64,000 nucleotides of DNA from a virus (lineage: Duplodnaviria > Caudoviricetes), in IMG/VR virus record IMGVR_UViG_3300020048_000106, positions 8,450 through 72,449 of that record. The stretch is one strand, 5' to 3'. Positions 48,901 through 55,954 of this stretch are shown in pieces. Both the position numbers and the translations under genes were made by a program. Under the pieces are notes generated by a model. The model was not told where the DNA came from. It saw nothing but the letters and a program-made list of their open reading frames with translations, and made no database searches. Every line of letters begins with the position of its first letter. The first letter of the stretch is position 1.

Positions 48901-51849
48901 CGAGGCGATCGCCTGATCCCCACTCGCCCTGTCGATCAGCGATAAGTGTCGGCCCGACTTCTTTAAGAGTGTCGCAGGATCGATTGGTTTCGCAAAATCC
49001 GGCGCATCCCACATCGCCCTCGCGGCCTTGGCTACCAAGCCCTCAGTCGGTGCATCTTCAGAAGCGGCAACCGGTTTTGCGGGCTTGCCGAGGCTGACCG
49101 GAGTTGGGGCGGGCTTGGCTTCGGGCTTCGGGATCGCCGGCGTTTGCTTCACGGCATCGTCAATGACGTAGTCGGCAATGCCTTCGAACCGCTTCCAATT
49201 CACATCCTTCGGACGCCGGGCGTTGTGCTTCGCGACCCACCCGCGGGCCTCAGCCTTGACCATCGTCGCGGCCTCGGCTGGATCCATGCCGCCTTGCACC
49301 TTGCGAGAGAACGATCGCAGGGCGTCTGCTTTGATGCGGTCGTTGATCTCAGCCGCGCCGACCGCTGTACCCCTACCACCCTCAAGTTGCTGAGCCTGGG
49401 CTTCGAAGGCGTCAGCCTTAGAGTCTGCCCATGCGGTTCGGCTGGGAGCGGCTGGTCCCTCGCTCTTGTTCCCCGCCTCTCGCTCGGCCTTCTGCTGCTC
49501 GTCCAATCTCACTTGAGCGTCGTAGGCACGTTTCCGGTCTTCGTACTGCCGCTGCTTTTTCGGATCAACTGCTGGTGCCGGGGTCCATTTCTGTTCCCCG
49601 GTATCCGACAGATTGACCCCCTTCCCGACGGATTTTGCGTGCTCGACTGCCTTGGTGAACGAGTCGAACCCGATCCCGTCGACATCGTAGGTTTTTCCGT
49701 GAGGCTTCTCGGCCTTCGGTGGCGGTGCCTGGCCGAGCCGCACCGGGGCGGGAGAAACTTCGGGGGTAACTTCGGGGGTAACTTCGGGGGCGACTTTTGG
49801 TGCGGTTCCACCAAATGCAGGGCCAACGCCAGCCTTAGAAGGCGAAGGCGTCGGTGGGCTGATTAGATTTCGCCTCTGCTCAATCGCAATGTCAAGCCTT
49901 CCTGTTGCAACCGCTTCTTGGTTAGACGCAACCCATTGGTCTAGTGCTTCTAGCGACTTGATGTTCGCGATTGCAGCAAGGTTTTCAACGTGATTGATAG
50001 CTGCGGCTGTGCTGCCTTTGCCTGTGTCGTCAACTTGCGGGGTAACTTGCGGGGTGGCGGCGGCGGAAGCCACATCTGCGGATAGCTTTGCCAGCGATTC
50101 CGATGCCGCTTGCTTGACCTTCCGGTTGGCAAACATCTTGTCGGTCAGCAAGTCGGCGTAAATCTGATCCGCACTCAACGGGCCTTGATTTCTCGTCAGT
50201 TTGACGACCTGATTGGCGTAATGCCTGACCCGCTCATTGAATCGCGGGCGCTCGTCGGGGTCGGACGGATTATTTGACCACGAGGTAAACACATCGTCCG
50301 TGTCCATGACCGACAGGTAGGACGACAGGTCTGGTCCTGCGGTTTCGGCCGGAACCGAATCGGAGACCGGTGCGGTACCGACTGTTGGGGGAATCGCCGG
50401 ATTTTCCGGCGTTTCCTGCGGTCCTGGCGGTTCTAGTTCTGTGGTTTCGGCCGGAACCGGAACCGGAACCGGAGACTCGGTGTCAACCTCTGCATCAACC
50501 TCAGCGTCCTCGGGCGTCGACAGATACACCCGGCCGTCCTTCGTCGATTCGTACCGACCGCCGATCACAGCCTGTTTGGCAACGCCCGCGATCCCGTCAA
50601 CGAAGCTCGCCGGGTCCATTCCGAGACGGGCGATCTCAATGCCGATTTCCTCGAGCGTGCGGGGCTTACCGTCCGCGAGGATGCCGTCGATCGTCTGGGT
50701 CTGCATCGGCATCGGGAACCGTTTCCCGGTGGCTGGCGGGGCTGGTGCGACGGGCGGCTCGCCTGGGACGGTGGGAGGAACTGCTTCGGATCCGGCCGGC
50801 GCGGGGGGCGGTCCCGGTGGCTGGTTCGGGTCGACCGGGGGCGGCACCGTGTCAACCGGTGGGGCAGCGGGATCGGGCAGGGGACCGTTCGGATCGATCG
50901 ACGTTGCGGCCATCTCTTTGAGGGCCTTCTCGCGATCCTTCTTGGCCTTTTGGTCCTGGTACAGCTTCGCGCCTTCGGTGATCGCCGAGAATCCGAGGGT
51001 CATGGCGAACGTGGACGCCGCCACGTCCCTGGTTTTTTCCAGGATCGCGCGAGGCGTGAGTTCCTCTTTAGATGTCCCGTCCATCTCCGCGAACATCGTC
51101 TGCAGGACTTCGGCCGTCAGTTCTTCGGGGAGCTCCTGCCCAAACGCACCGAGGACTCGCTTGCCGACATCCTTGAGCCCTTGGCCGATCGACTTCGCCG
51201 CGGCTTCCTTCGTCGTGCGGCCGAGCATCCCCTCGATGCCGGGGATTTTCAACGCCTGGAAGATCATCATGGCGGTGGCGTCGCTGGCACCGCTGAGGGC
51301 CGCGTTGCCCGCCAGTACGTTGCCGCGTTGCCCGCTGTCTTTCCGGTCGACGTAGGCGCTCTGCGTGGACGTCGTGGTGATCGCCGCGGCGGTGGCCGCC
51401 AATCCGACCGGCCCGCCCAGCACGGCCGGAACCGAGAGCGGCGCTGACTGTAACGCGGAGATGACGGGGTCAATGACCTGTGCAGGAACGCCCACGTCTT
51501 GGGCAACCTCGGACGCTCGGCCCGCCGCCGCGCCGCCCTGAGCCTCTGCCCATCGCATCGTCGAGTCGGCCCTGTCGCCATGGCCAGTGACACGCTCGAG
51601 CAACGCCACGGCCTGGCCGCTGAGTGGTTCGGCGACTGCCCTGTCCAGCGAATGCCAAAATCCAGAGTCTTTGAACTCTTCCTGGGCTTGCTGGGCGAAC
51701 TGCTTCCGCTCAATCAGCGCACGCAGATCCTCTTCGTCGCGGGTGCCTCGCTTGACTCCCCTTCCGAGTTTGCCGGCCGCTCGGTTGGTGAGGGGCTTGT
51801 CAATCCACGAGGGATCTACTTTGTCTTCGTCTTCTTCGTCGATCGGCAT
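36985..51849 (-). CDS. Giant polyvalent virion protein (DarB-like): N6-adenine MTase, Strawberry-notch SF2 helicase, ART-like, beta-clamp-like and other domains
   Basis: 4954 aa. FSTP, VLEPSGG, MNPPF (MTase, ~44300-45200); GDGTGVGK, FDESH, LSATA, QGLGRGHRSNQ (Sno, ~40700-43800); YRG..E.E (ART, ~45560-45950); TDGH..VMPI (~47510-47940). Confidence 0.92.
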   Translation of the reverse strand: MPIDEEDEDKVDPSWIDKPLTNRAAGKLGRGVKRGTRDEEDLRALIERKQFAQQAQEEFKDSGFWHSLDRAVAEPLSGQAVALLERVTGHGDRADSTMRWAEAQGGAAAGRASEVAQDVGVPAQVIDPVISALQSAPLSVPAVLGGPVGLAATAAAITTTSTQSAYVDRKDSGQRGNVLAGNAALSGASDATAMMIFQALKIPGIEGMLGRTTKEAAAKSIGQGLKDVGKRVLGAFGQELPEELTAEVLQTMFAEMDGTSKEELTPRAILEKTRDVAASTFAMTLGFSAITEGAKLYQDQKAKKDREKALKEMAATSIDPNGPLPDPAAPPVDTVPPPVDPNQPPGPPPAPAGSEAVPPTVPGEPPVAPAPPATGKRFPMPMQTQTIDGILADGKPRTLEEIGIEIARLGMDPASFVDGIAGVAKQAVIGGRYESTKDGRVYLSTPEDAEVDAEVDTESPVPVPVPAETTELEPPGPQETPENPAIPPTVGTAPVSDSVPAETAGPDLSSYLSVMDTDDVFTSWSNNPSDPDERPRFNERVRHYANQVVKLTRNQGPLSADQIYADLLTDKMFANRKVKQAASESLAKLSADVASAAATPQVTPQVDDTGKGSTAAAINHVENLAAIANIKSLEALDQWVASNQEAVATGRLDIAIEQRRNLISPPTPSPSKAGVGPAFGGTAPKVAPEVTPEVTPEVSPAPVRLGQAPPPKAEKPHGKTYDVDGIGFDSFTKAVEHAKSVGKGVNLSDTGEQKWTPAPAVDPKKQRQYEDRKRAYDAQVRLDEQQKAEREAGNKSEGPAAPSRTAWADSKADAFEAQAQQLEGGRGTAVGAAEINDRIKADALRSFSRKVQGGMDPAEAATMVKAEARGWVAKHNARRPKDVNWKRFEGIADYVIDDAVKQTPAIPKPEAKPAPTPVSLGKPAKPVAASEDAPTEGLVAKAARAMWDAPDFAKPIDPATLLKKSGRHLSLIDRASGDQAIASFVTDPEGVVLATQGRKYTPGEIALNERLIENLFSNGVGSVYIGVPQASTPQLIEALSDRGYSIEKNDGKGHKYRIDPKQAVSLGKPKAAKPDAPWAKSTTEDESRWFGTEVSVEPGSKNEDQYDGKVVRVLNGGDVVEVQPQGQDGTFRVPSARVAVKKVVDSKAEPELTEMTAEDEEHLFGKKPEPKQPKTFEDLKSLTFDDIADGEETEGVARNRGKTYRAKKFKVTDADGKEIEAKVRIDSDGEVQVMDLGRTKEQREKDSAAWKKRVQTLRDRIEQVPFTHGEPPHGTGKGRTIVQVMKAAMEKQSGPALAGAAREHGLLTDGHVLVRLSDKDRAKAAAAKVGIPADYPAMAKKTLEDFMVMPGYAEAAKIVAYRETFGEAEYEAAGTTKEKSGEIEAKYILGGTGGTQWVVEAHYHETVMKMHPKAIPHVVRQKGKNPPPVFYRVGDETVGVVMPIDYDVPFLQFKESAVEPAAEAETESDSDTPSEADLDKMADEMWSDDDVDSTPPPPPAPPKAKPEPAKPSKRIFAVMTSDGKIHADPKASMHYDVVQNAGLESWDIIDGGFIVDGKYLMSLSDGGYAAMEGEPEQLSEVQRYTDEYNAKAKETAPPRAKISPKAPRADGAGNPSAKDKAKAAESTAEALLDELVSKARGRLGMGVDPEMASIAIRYVKAKIEAGTYRFVDFAEHVLASAPREVIDRLRPYLEMAWKVAHGEGLTEDSGGDLASYGGKRRERFRPVGATNNRDFANRPTDEAAKAALDTGKRDRFGAARSLNPGQTVALRIDIPAFLNHGTYVVSIHEDKGTAGNQVGSVAGYDTAARLSGSVRFSVQENAAGRIAEGKNKHPIATVKGKFDPSRDTPDDIENWHAIGMNPAKAPFFYDKKTGQEVSLANDAISIGNTVFVREIVEYGNRNAGNMPIPDVGFHSMLEAIPEGIRANIQKQGRESLLKDARHDVIAGNSLRRAMENVIDGKRPGPDANITEHERHLKAWLLLNEVNEAEPSQVTMYRGDRTITAGVDNRNVRVGDEILIGGKKANNGITANLKVAKKFADGVLYEIEPGVKAARVSTAEPQEFTGSVTGENEFIAAGTFTVTGIKEVGDNTVIQVKQSSSPNVSLGTLDRMTAEARREVSRLLKELSAASKRSMSSTLPDPELMGIAINLAKAMIKERGLTFAGFVQGVYDKAGMELTQKLGVYLEAAWRRAIKLGLTTDPVGKTSDILFAQSPKVDQKGKQGDPQTRLATKVRDALEAGTAMTSGSFFAMANEEFGGSRAGGDYGDSEATDALELGVNLYLQGKTDPNVTADEAKETVRRIQEIMELVPRQRGRTGEKSSMQQFSTPPAYAYVTAWIANPTKGDVVLEPSGGMGGIAVHAANSGATVYVNELSESRAEGLQQLDLEGVFTEDAEQIGAILADKMPPPTVVLMNPPFSRAGKRMGDTMIQGTDRKHIAEVMALVPEGGRVVAIVSAGLHKQSDGMTRWLADMPHRVTANIEVARDVYRGYGTEFPTRVLVIDKVPRGDSKTINQTATDLFDLIDKAQEARDARPATERAPAQPDRETTSDEDGRGDQPGDNARDPVPDDVPRDPSGETGPDREDVGGGRDDNRSGSDDANDAPPAAGGNARVQMGGRKSGRAPRKSGGGGGGKRTRGSVPGPSRKSGGVPRTGVTKAKAVTQPRPASKASALTESTFEDYTPSVVVAGAKKHPAPIVESAAMAAVSSPKINYEVDVAPGVFEGYVTEDGAYVGLSDIQLEAIALAGHAHSQMLPSGERRGFLIGDGTGVGKAREALGIINDDFIKRGDKRRKAVFVTKNDALIGDAVAEWVGVGGDPADFHPMSSFQNGSKIELESGIVALGYDTLGTGASKTAKDKGNTMSRLEQIVDWVGKDFDGVVIFDESHMMGNSLDSGDGQTAKSAAQRALAAVDLQKQLPNARVVYLSATAATEVVNLAYADRLGLWGQGTQFADKRTFISEIEAGGVAAMEKVAADMKAMGMYVARNLSFDDGTPEGRVEFDRVRHELTADQERIYDKLSEAWIKVLERIDAALDLTENTKGRKWIISAFWGANQRFWNDVITGMTAPALIKGIEKDLAEGRSVLVQLTATHGAATERAIAGRKDDQEFEDLDISPRRGLMQLIEKSFPTQRHEKYTDDNGNTRERPVVDAAGKPVHDPQAVAMKNKLLQEVGSLEVASRSPIDMIIDHFGEEMVAEISGRNKRLTYDGDKKLMEQRRSKGAVKKDRNAFMRGDKRILIFSEAGGTGTSYHASLSHKNQQRRSHYLWQAGWKAPTAIQGLGRGHRSNQASAPLIHLIEPGLEGYKRFISTIARRLGQLGALTKGQRDAGDGGLFNAKDNLESTEAVRALSQFLTDANRGNIEGIDRAFLMTRMGFDNLPPGVIGPDAVNMTSFLNRLLNLPPKQQATVFSEFSNRLDTIVEKAIQDGTLDQGMETVKAEKIVKASEQTVYEHPTGAQTKWVQLTLTKKTSPLSYEGAIRTAATFTGTLHSFVRSKTTGKVFMVIDRNLVTQTKDGKVTHDATFVGVLGRSYGHNLEQLDNAKYWETLPRGDVKSPLDAKNAWDAEFNAAPKEIDETLNLLTGALLPVWKKVIGGHSVVRALTQDGETILGRIMDDRYIDRTLQNFGVRRDGEAALQYSPKEAMQAAYEGGIVTLNNGWTVKKRKIDGEDNIEIHGADYSSKQLIENAGGFQRMIDYKTRFFIPFGDTQGQTLSNLADSFAIESVTLPQGVSRASLGPAAKTPPTPPSPPTPPTPKPPAESGMAKQIRQGDVIPPAKDSAVPPPPGVDAFIAPDNDKTGSLSSAKRQVLSATDLIDDYAVESEDVNTHVGPDKALEKFWESARRGLSRKRMWERIKETWEATPDFIARNFGRGGMEHLPRTKQFGEGRSLLRVWKDAVEIAKWKTGELLRRTTGGLSAADYDLFSRAVIFRNFRNREGALPFELDRPRAEAELARIEAKVLKNPKVQAALEFREKWHGEMKEAYIYWHQQIGIDMTDRLKKEDYFHHQVLWHYRMKEPTTGSSKDAQVDMQRGWLRHETGSPLAINANYVQAEWEVATQMIADTIRAEALAKLTTEYDTMPELERKAKIKNMHLLYGGKKQYEHVLYLREMRAQADPEDRKIWSQQLRDLDPLFGFRQDIAIKSNAILNEEPWLAALPSASFFKELRRISVDPKDPSAEMANGLLGAIKRQEIFIEESIGKKNYQTWRTVMPDTHRSAAIRPGRALYQAYTIPEQLANELMANHAAVVGIQADVLREVLVMGHEYTPIVVPKEIAAQMEEMSKIQSNSLAAVVGGWWRRNVTFNFKRFALLSPERFVKYNLRSLSEIDKVVNLMPKAASVPLMIQAGKELFAVYRQHDKITPEVRLWMELGGAQSLHLPNEMGDLSALKEFERFFEDESGWDKVPGKLWAGYWRKAGALSNYRESILRYSAFLAYRKELKENGGKPISYGGSNPAEIDGIRDIDRKAMRLSADLLGDYGDLSPAGAMLRDAAFGLPFVSFTELNFRTYMRGIANLANHEQSATAAGRTLAKALGVTAVAQSPYLAYRLGRIYLLAFGAQAVLTTINNLAFADEEDELPDEIKDRPHLTLGRNADGSVRYFDRLGTSTDFMDWLGLDSLDKMAMQVATGRMTLSDVAKEMVMSPTNKFVQSLSPAVKVPMGWMTGKDTFPDVRKSRTIRDMGEFTFQAAGLGNTYKIVMGRPNKGAGEWLQSLAWSTISSGSAAYFRTRDEIQRVTQRGGMSRDSITPRDEALYYYKQALRFGDTSAAKKYEADYKAAGGTDKTIMQSLKMLHPLGTLSLPNEIRFRATLDARGEEELAKAEAYFYRDLVTPEQAEEIKAHRENRVKDLAKTVMTHAGRPNPDTNSDYETAATKYEADYADLKAWLDENRDKPDVRLAVRGVLRSDRFQTIEEGNTTPQGVNESGRHYQERVRRAAQDSANAKRWRKWFLDTQPKALN

Positions 51850-51890
51850 GGACGCACTTGCGGTTGGGGTTGTGGATGACGCGGACTATT

Positions 51891-54134
51891 TTACCGTCCA
51901 AAGCCAAGACTGCTACCGAGCCTCAGACCGAGATTTGCGCCGGGAGCAACGGAGGACTCAAGGAATGTTTTGTTGGTCCTCAACATGCTAGCCTTGGGAG
52001 GGTCGTTTGGCGGGACTCGTTTGGTTCGCATCGCGGGGTCAAGGTAGAACGTCCCTGGCGGAAGCTGCTTGATCTTCTTGGCATCTTCTGGGTCGTTCTC
52101 GTCCAGCCGCTCGAGGTCTCGCAACGCATTCTGCTCTGCCGGCTCCATCATCGCAAAGTGCATTTCGCCATCGTTGATCGTGTCGGCAACCGACTTCGCC
52201 GCCTCTCCGATGGGATCGGCAACGCCTCGCCGCTGCAGCTCTTCGATCGCATCTCGCGAGATGTATCGTGCTGGGTGGTGGTCGTCCTCAACGCCCTTCA
52301 TCGCTTCTGCCAGTCGCTTCAGTTGGGGCGGGGCCTTTTCGCCCATCCCCATCGCCTGATCGAACAACTGTCGCACCTGTCCGATGGCTGGATCCTTCTG
52401 GAAGTATTCCTCATCCAGCTCCGCGGTCGTCTTGGTGACTGGCATGTCGCCAGCAACCGGGGGGGCGGCTGCGGGTGTCGGTGTCGATTCTTGGACAGAA
52501 TGTCTCGTCGCCGAGACATTCTCCTGGGGGTTAGCCGCTGCTGGCGGGGGGGCGACTGCCTGACCTGGTTGCGAGAACTGATGCTGCAGCTCGAGCATCC
52601 GACGCATCTCCGCCTTGACATCTTCCTCCTTCATCGCTGGCGCGACCGGATCGTCGATATTTCTCGGGTCTGCCTTCCACTTTTTCTGAAGCCGTTCCTC
52701 GGCCCCGGAATAATCCTTGAGGAACTTGTCGTAGTTCTTGTCTCCCCCACCGTACATCTTGTTCCACTGCTCTTCGACCGTGGCGGCCGGGAGATCCTGG
52801 TTGGCCGCGCCCTTTGCTTCCTCGAGGGCCATCTTGCTCTCGACTGGGCGCATGGTCCCGTCTGGCGAAATCCAGATGCCGACATTGCCGTCGATCTTGC
52901 GGTATGACCTCGCGATGATTGCGTCGGCGCTGGGCGGTTGCTCCTCGTATCCCGCCAAGTCGGCTTCCGCGAACCGGTTCATGAACTGACCGGCCATGTC
53001 AGAATACTGCTCGGGCTTCATGTCAGGCTTGGCCGCGGCAATCGATCGACGCTCGTCTGCCAGCTGCGCGAGAACCCGCTTGCCCTCGGGGCTGAGGCTC
53101 ATTTGACGCGCTGCCTTCAGCATGTCGTTGATGTTGGTGTCCATCTCGCGGGTCGCTTCGAGCTTCCAGTTTACGCCGGCTTGTTCGGCGTCACTGAATC
53201 GCTTTTTGTCCTGGCCTTCCGCGAGGTCCATCCGCCGCTCGTCGAGACCGAACGTCTGCTCCCGCAGCCGCATGTTATCCAGCGACTCCAATTCGCTCAT
53301 GTCAGCTGCACGCTTACGCAAGCCAAACTCGTCCTGGCGGATACCGAACTCGTCCTGACGCAACGCGAACTCGTCCTCGTACCGCCGGTCGCTCGTGTCG
53401 GCCGCCCGACGACGCATTTCCAGTTCTTCCAGGGAGAGTCCTTGCGAGAACTGCTGACCTTCTCGACGGAATCCCATTTCCTCGCGGAACCGCCGGTCTC
53501 CAGTGTCGGCAGCCTGCTGCCGCATCTCCATCTCTGCCAGCGTCGCCCCTTGCGAGAACTGTTGTCCTTCTCGACGGAATCCCATTTCCTCACGAAACCG
53601 TTGATCGCCAGTCGCCTCAGCTCGCCGCCGCATCTCGAGCTCTTCGAGCGACATCCCTTGGGAGAATTGCTGCCCGTCACGTCGTAGGTTGAAGTCTTCC
53701 CGCTGCCTGGCCTCGGTCGATGAGAGGGCACGATCGCGGTAGTCCTGATCCTGCCGCGCGGATCGCTCCCGGAAGTTCTGGGAACGGTCTTGGAGCGAGT
53801 AGTCGGCCCGGGCCCGCTGCCGATCCAGTCCGAGCCGAGCGTTCTGCAATGCTGCCTGCTGAGTGAACTGCTCCCGTTGCAACTGGGCTTCCATTGCCGC
53901 GCGACGCTCTGCCGCCTCGCGATCGAGCCCGGCGGTGGCCGTGTTGGCTGCTGCCTGAAACACAGCCGGATCGAACGTATTGACCACGCCCGGTCGGTTG
54001 GTGTGGAGCTGCGCGATCAATGCCGGGTCTGCCCCGTTGCTCGCCAGCAATCTTGTGAGTTCTTGGACCCCCGGACCGGCCATGGTACGTCTACCGCGGC
54101 CGCCAAGCGGCGTCTGGTTCATTGTCTTCGCCAT
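51891..54134 (-). CDS. Internal virion/DNA-ejection protein with 36-aa repeats
   Basis: 747 aa, Q/E/R/A-rich helical; directly upstream of the giant protein. Confidence 0.7.
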   Translation of the reverse strand: MAKTMNQTPLGGRGRRTMAGPGVQELTRLLASNGADPALIAQLHTNRPGVVNTFDPAVFQAAANTATAGLDREAAERRAAMEAQLQREQFTQQAALQNARLGLDRQRARADYSLQDRSQNFRERSARQDQDYRDRALSSTEARQREDFNLRRDGQQFSQGMSLEELEMRRRAEATGDQRFREEMGFRREGQQFSQGATLAEMEMRQQAADTGDRRFREEMGFRREGQQFSQGLSLEELEMRRRAADTSDRRYEDEFALRQDEFGIRQDEFGLRKRAADMSELESLDNMRLREQTFGLDERRMDLAEGQDKKRFSDAEQAGVNWKLEATREMDTNINDMLKAARQMSLSPEGKRVLAQLADERRSIAAAKPDMKPEQYSDMAGQFMNRFAEADLAGYEEQPPSADAIIARSYRKIDGNVGIWISPDGTMRPVESKMALEEAKGAANQDLPAATVEEQWNKMYGGGDKNYDKFLKDYSGAEERLQKKWKADPRNIDDPVAPAMKEEDVKAEMRRMLELQHQFSQPGQAVAPPPAAANPQENVSATRHSVQESTPTPAAAPPVAGDMPVTKTTAELDEEYFQKDPAIGQVRQLFDQAMGMGEKAPPQLKRLAEAMKGVEDDHHPARYISRDAIEELQRRGVADPIGEAAKSVADTINDGEMHFAMMEPAEQNALRDLERLDENDPEDAKKIKQLPPGTFYLDPAMRTKRVPPNDPPKASMLRTNKTFLESSVAPGANLGLRLGSSLGFGR
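52480..52522. repeat. Palindrome copy 3 with shared flank
   Basis: Identical to 30612-30654. Confidence 0.95.
53320..53690 (-). repeat. 108-nt (36-aa) tandem repeat x3 plus RQDEFG heptads
   Basis: QQFSQG.SL.E.EMRRRA..T.D.RFREEMGFRREG; CTTGCGAGAA at 53441 and 53549. Confidence 0.9.
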
Positions 54135-54151
54135 CTGCGGTTACCTTTTCT

Positions 54152-54853
54152 TTAATACGTTCGCAGCATTGCGGGGATCAGGCGTTTGGCGGCGGACGTG
54201 TCGCGGGCATTGCCACGCAACGACATATCCATCTGGGCTTGCTGCGACGCGAACGAGCCCAACGAACTGAGCTGACCCTGGGACAACTGCATCTGCCGGT
54301 CGAGCGCGCGGGTGGTAATCTCGTTCAGGGCGGTCGATCGCTCCCGTCGAAGTTGCTCATCGAGCGCGCCCAACGCCTCGTTCCGGTCGCGGTCGACCCC
54401 GGACTGCATCGATCCCATGACGGTCGAATTATATAACCCTGTCCCGGACAACTGCGAGCCCACGGAGTTTCGCGCGGCAGTCGAATCGCGATAGATGCGG
54501 TCGCGCGAAGCATCCCCCATGCCGTCAGTCGATGCGAGGTAGGCTTGCATCTGCTGGTTGGCGGCTGCATCCATGCCGGCCATCGCCTGGCCGTAGCGAC
54601 CGTCGATGGCTCCGCGGTTCGCATCGAGCCCCTGCATGATCTGGCGGTGGTACTGCGACGGAGCCATCTGGGCCATCTGCATCTGCAAACCGGCAGCATT
54701 CCCGACCTGATTGGCGCGGGTTGCCGCCGTATTGGCTTGGGTGGCTGCGGTCTGGGCCTGGGTCTGCGCGAGGTCTGCGTCAGCCTTCTGGCGAAACACC
54801 CCACCACCCAGTCCGGTGAGGTTAGAAAATGGGCCGCCCAGTCCGTAGTACAT
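54152..54853 (-). CDS. Internal virion (DNA pilot/ejection) protein
   Basis: G/A/Q/M-rich; GSQLSGTGLYNS motif typical of podovirus core proteins. Confidence 0.65.
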   Translation of the reverse strand: MYYGLGGPFSNLTGLGGGVFRQKADADLAQTQAQTAATQANTAATRANQVGNAAGLQMQMAQMAPSQYHRQIMQGLDANRGAIDGRYGQAMAGMDAAANQQMQAYLASTDGMGDASRDRIYRDSTAARNSVGSQLSGTGLYNSTVMGSMQSGVDRDRNEALGALDEQLRRERSTALNEITTRALDRQMQLSQGQLSSLGSFASQQAQMDMSLRGNARDTSAAKRLIPAMLRTY

Positions 54854-54869
54854 AATCCCGCTCCGTTAA

Positions 54870-55952
54870 TCAATATGCGAACTTGACGACATTGACGATG
54901 CCAGCGCCGTTCTCGACCGCCCAAGTTGGGTTCGGACAGGCAAATGAAATGCCCGTGTCGTCGACGCGATAAACCTGCACCCACGGCGATGAACTCAGCC
55001 CAACCGCGAGGTACTTCCCGTCGGGGCTCCAATCGACAGACCGGACAGTCCCCGGCGGAGTCACCCCGCGGAGTTCTGAAATGATCGCCCCGTCCCACCG
55101 GTAAACGAAGACCGCCGTATTCCCAGCAACCGCAAGCATCGTTTCTTGCAGGTTGAGTTTAACTGCAAGAACTGTCGAGTCGAACGTAAAAGTCTGCTCC
55201 TGCAAGAACAGCCCGTCCGTGGCCATTCGGTCTGTTTCGTAGACACCGATCCTTTTGAGTGAGCTGTATCCGACGATCAGTCGCGATCCATCCGCGTTGA
55301 ATGCGGCGGCGCTGACCGTGTAGAGACCAGGCTCTCCAAGTGGCGAGTCTGACCCCTGGTAGGTCCACACAATCGGCCCTGCTAAGCCCATGTCTCTCGA
55401 GTATGGCTGCAGGGTGACGCGGGGGGTTGTCGACTTTCCGTATGCTACCCGCTTGGTTGCCGGGCTGATCGCAACCGCAACCGTCGCGCCGCCGGAATTG
55501 GAGTTGGTGATCAGGCTGCCGAATCCGTTCTGCGAGTATTGGAACATGCTGCCGCCGGTAGCGCTCGCGTAGCTTGTAATCACAGCCACGCCCTCGACTG
55601 GGTCAATCGCAACGCTGTTGGCTGATCCGGTGATGGTGACCGTCGAGATCGGGATCAATCCGGCCTGTGTCAGCCTAAATACCTTGTGGTCGTTCGGCCC
55701 CGTTGCCGTCGTGCTGCTTCCTACTGCCACCACCGCGTTGCGTGCGGCTTCGTCCCACGCGATGGCGCGGACCTCGCCAAGTGCCCCAAGCGAACTGTCT
55801 GTCTGCTTCGCCCCGAAGTTCCCGGCTCCGGGGAACCAGTCAAACCTGTGCAGCTTCACCCCGATGTTGTTGCCGACTAGCAGGCTCGCGCTGCCGATTG
55901 TTTGGTTTGCGGCGGAGCGGAACCTCGACGTGGTGCGAATGCGAACTGCCAT
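54870..55952 (-). CDS. Beta-propeller (WD40-like) tail protein
   Basis: Repeated blade motifs (AAAFNADGSRL, SVDWSPDGKYLAV). Confidence 0.75.
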   Translation of the reverse strand: MAVRIRTTSRFRSAANQTIGSASLLVGNNIGVKLHRFDWFPGAGNFGAKQTDSSLGALGEVRAIAWDEAARNAVVAVGSSTTATGPNDHKVFRLTQAGLIPISTVTITGSANSVAIDPVEGVAVITSYASATGGSMFQYSQNGFGSLITNSNSGGATVAVAISPATKRVAYGKSTTPRVTLQPYSRDMGLAGPIVWTYQGSDSPLGEPGLYTVSAAAFNADGSRLIVGYSSLKRIGVYETDRMATDGLFLQEQTFTFDSTVLAVKLNLQETMLAVAGNTAVFVYRWDGAIISELRGVTPPGTVRSVDWSPDGKYLAVGLSSSPWVQVYRVDDTGISFACPNPTWAVENGAGIVNVVKFAY

Positions 55953-55954
55953 GA

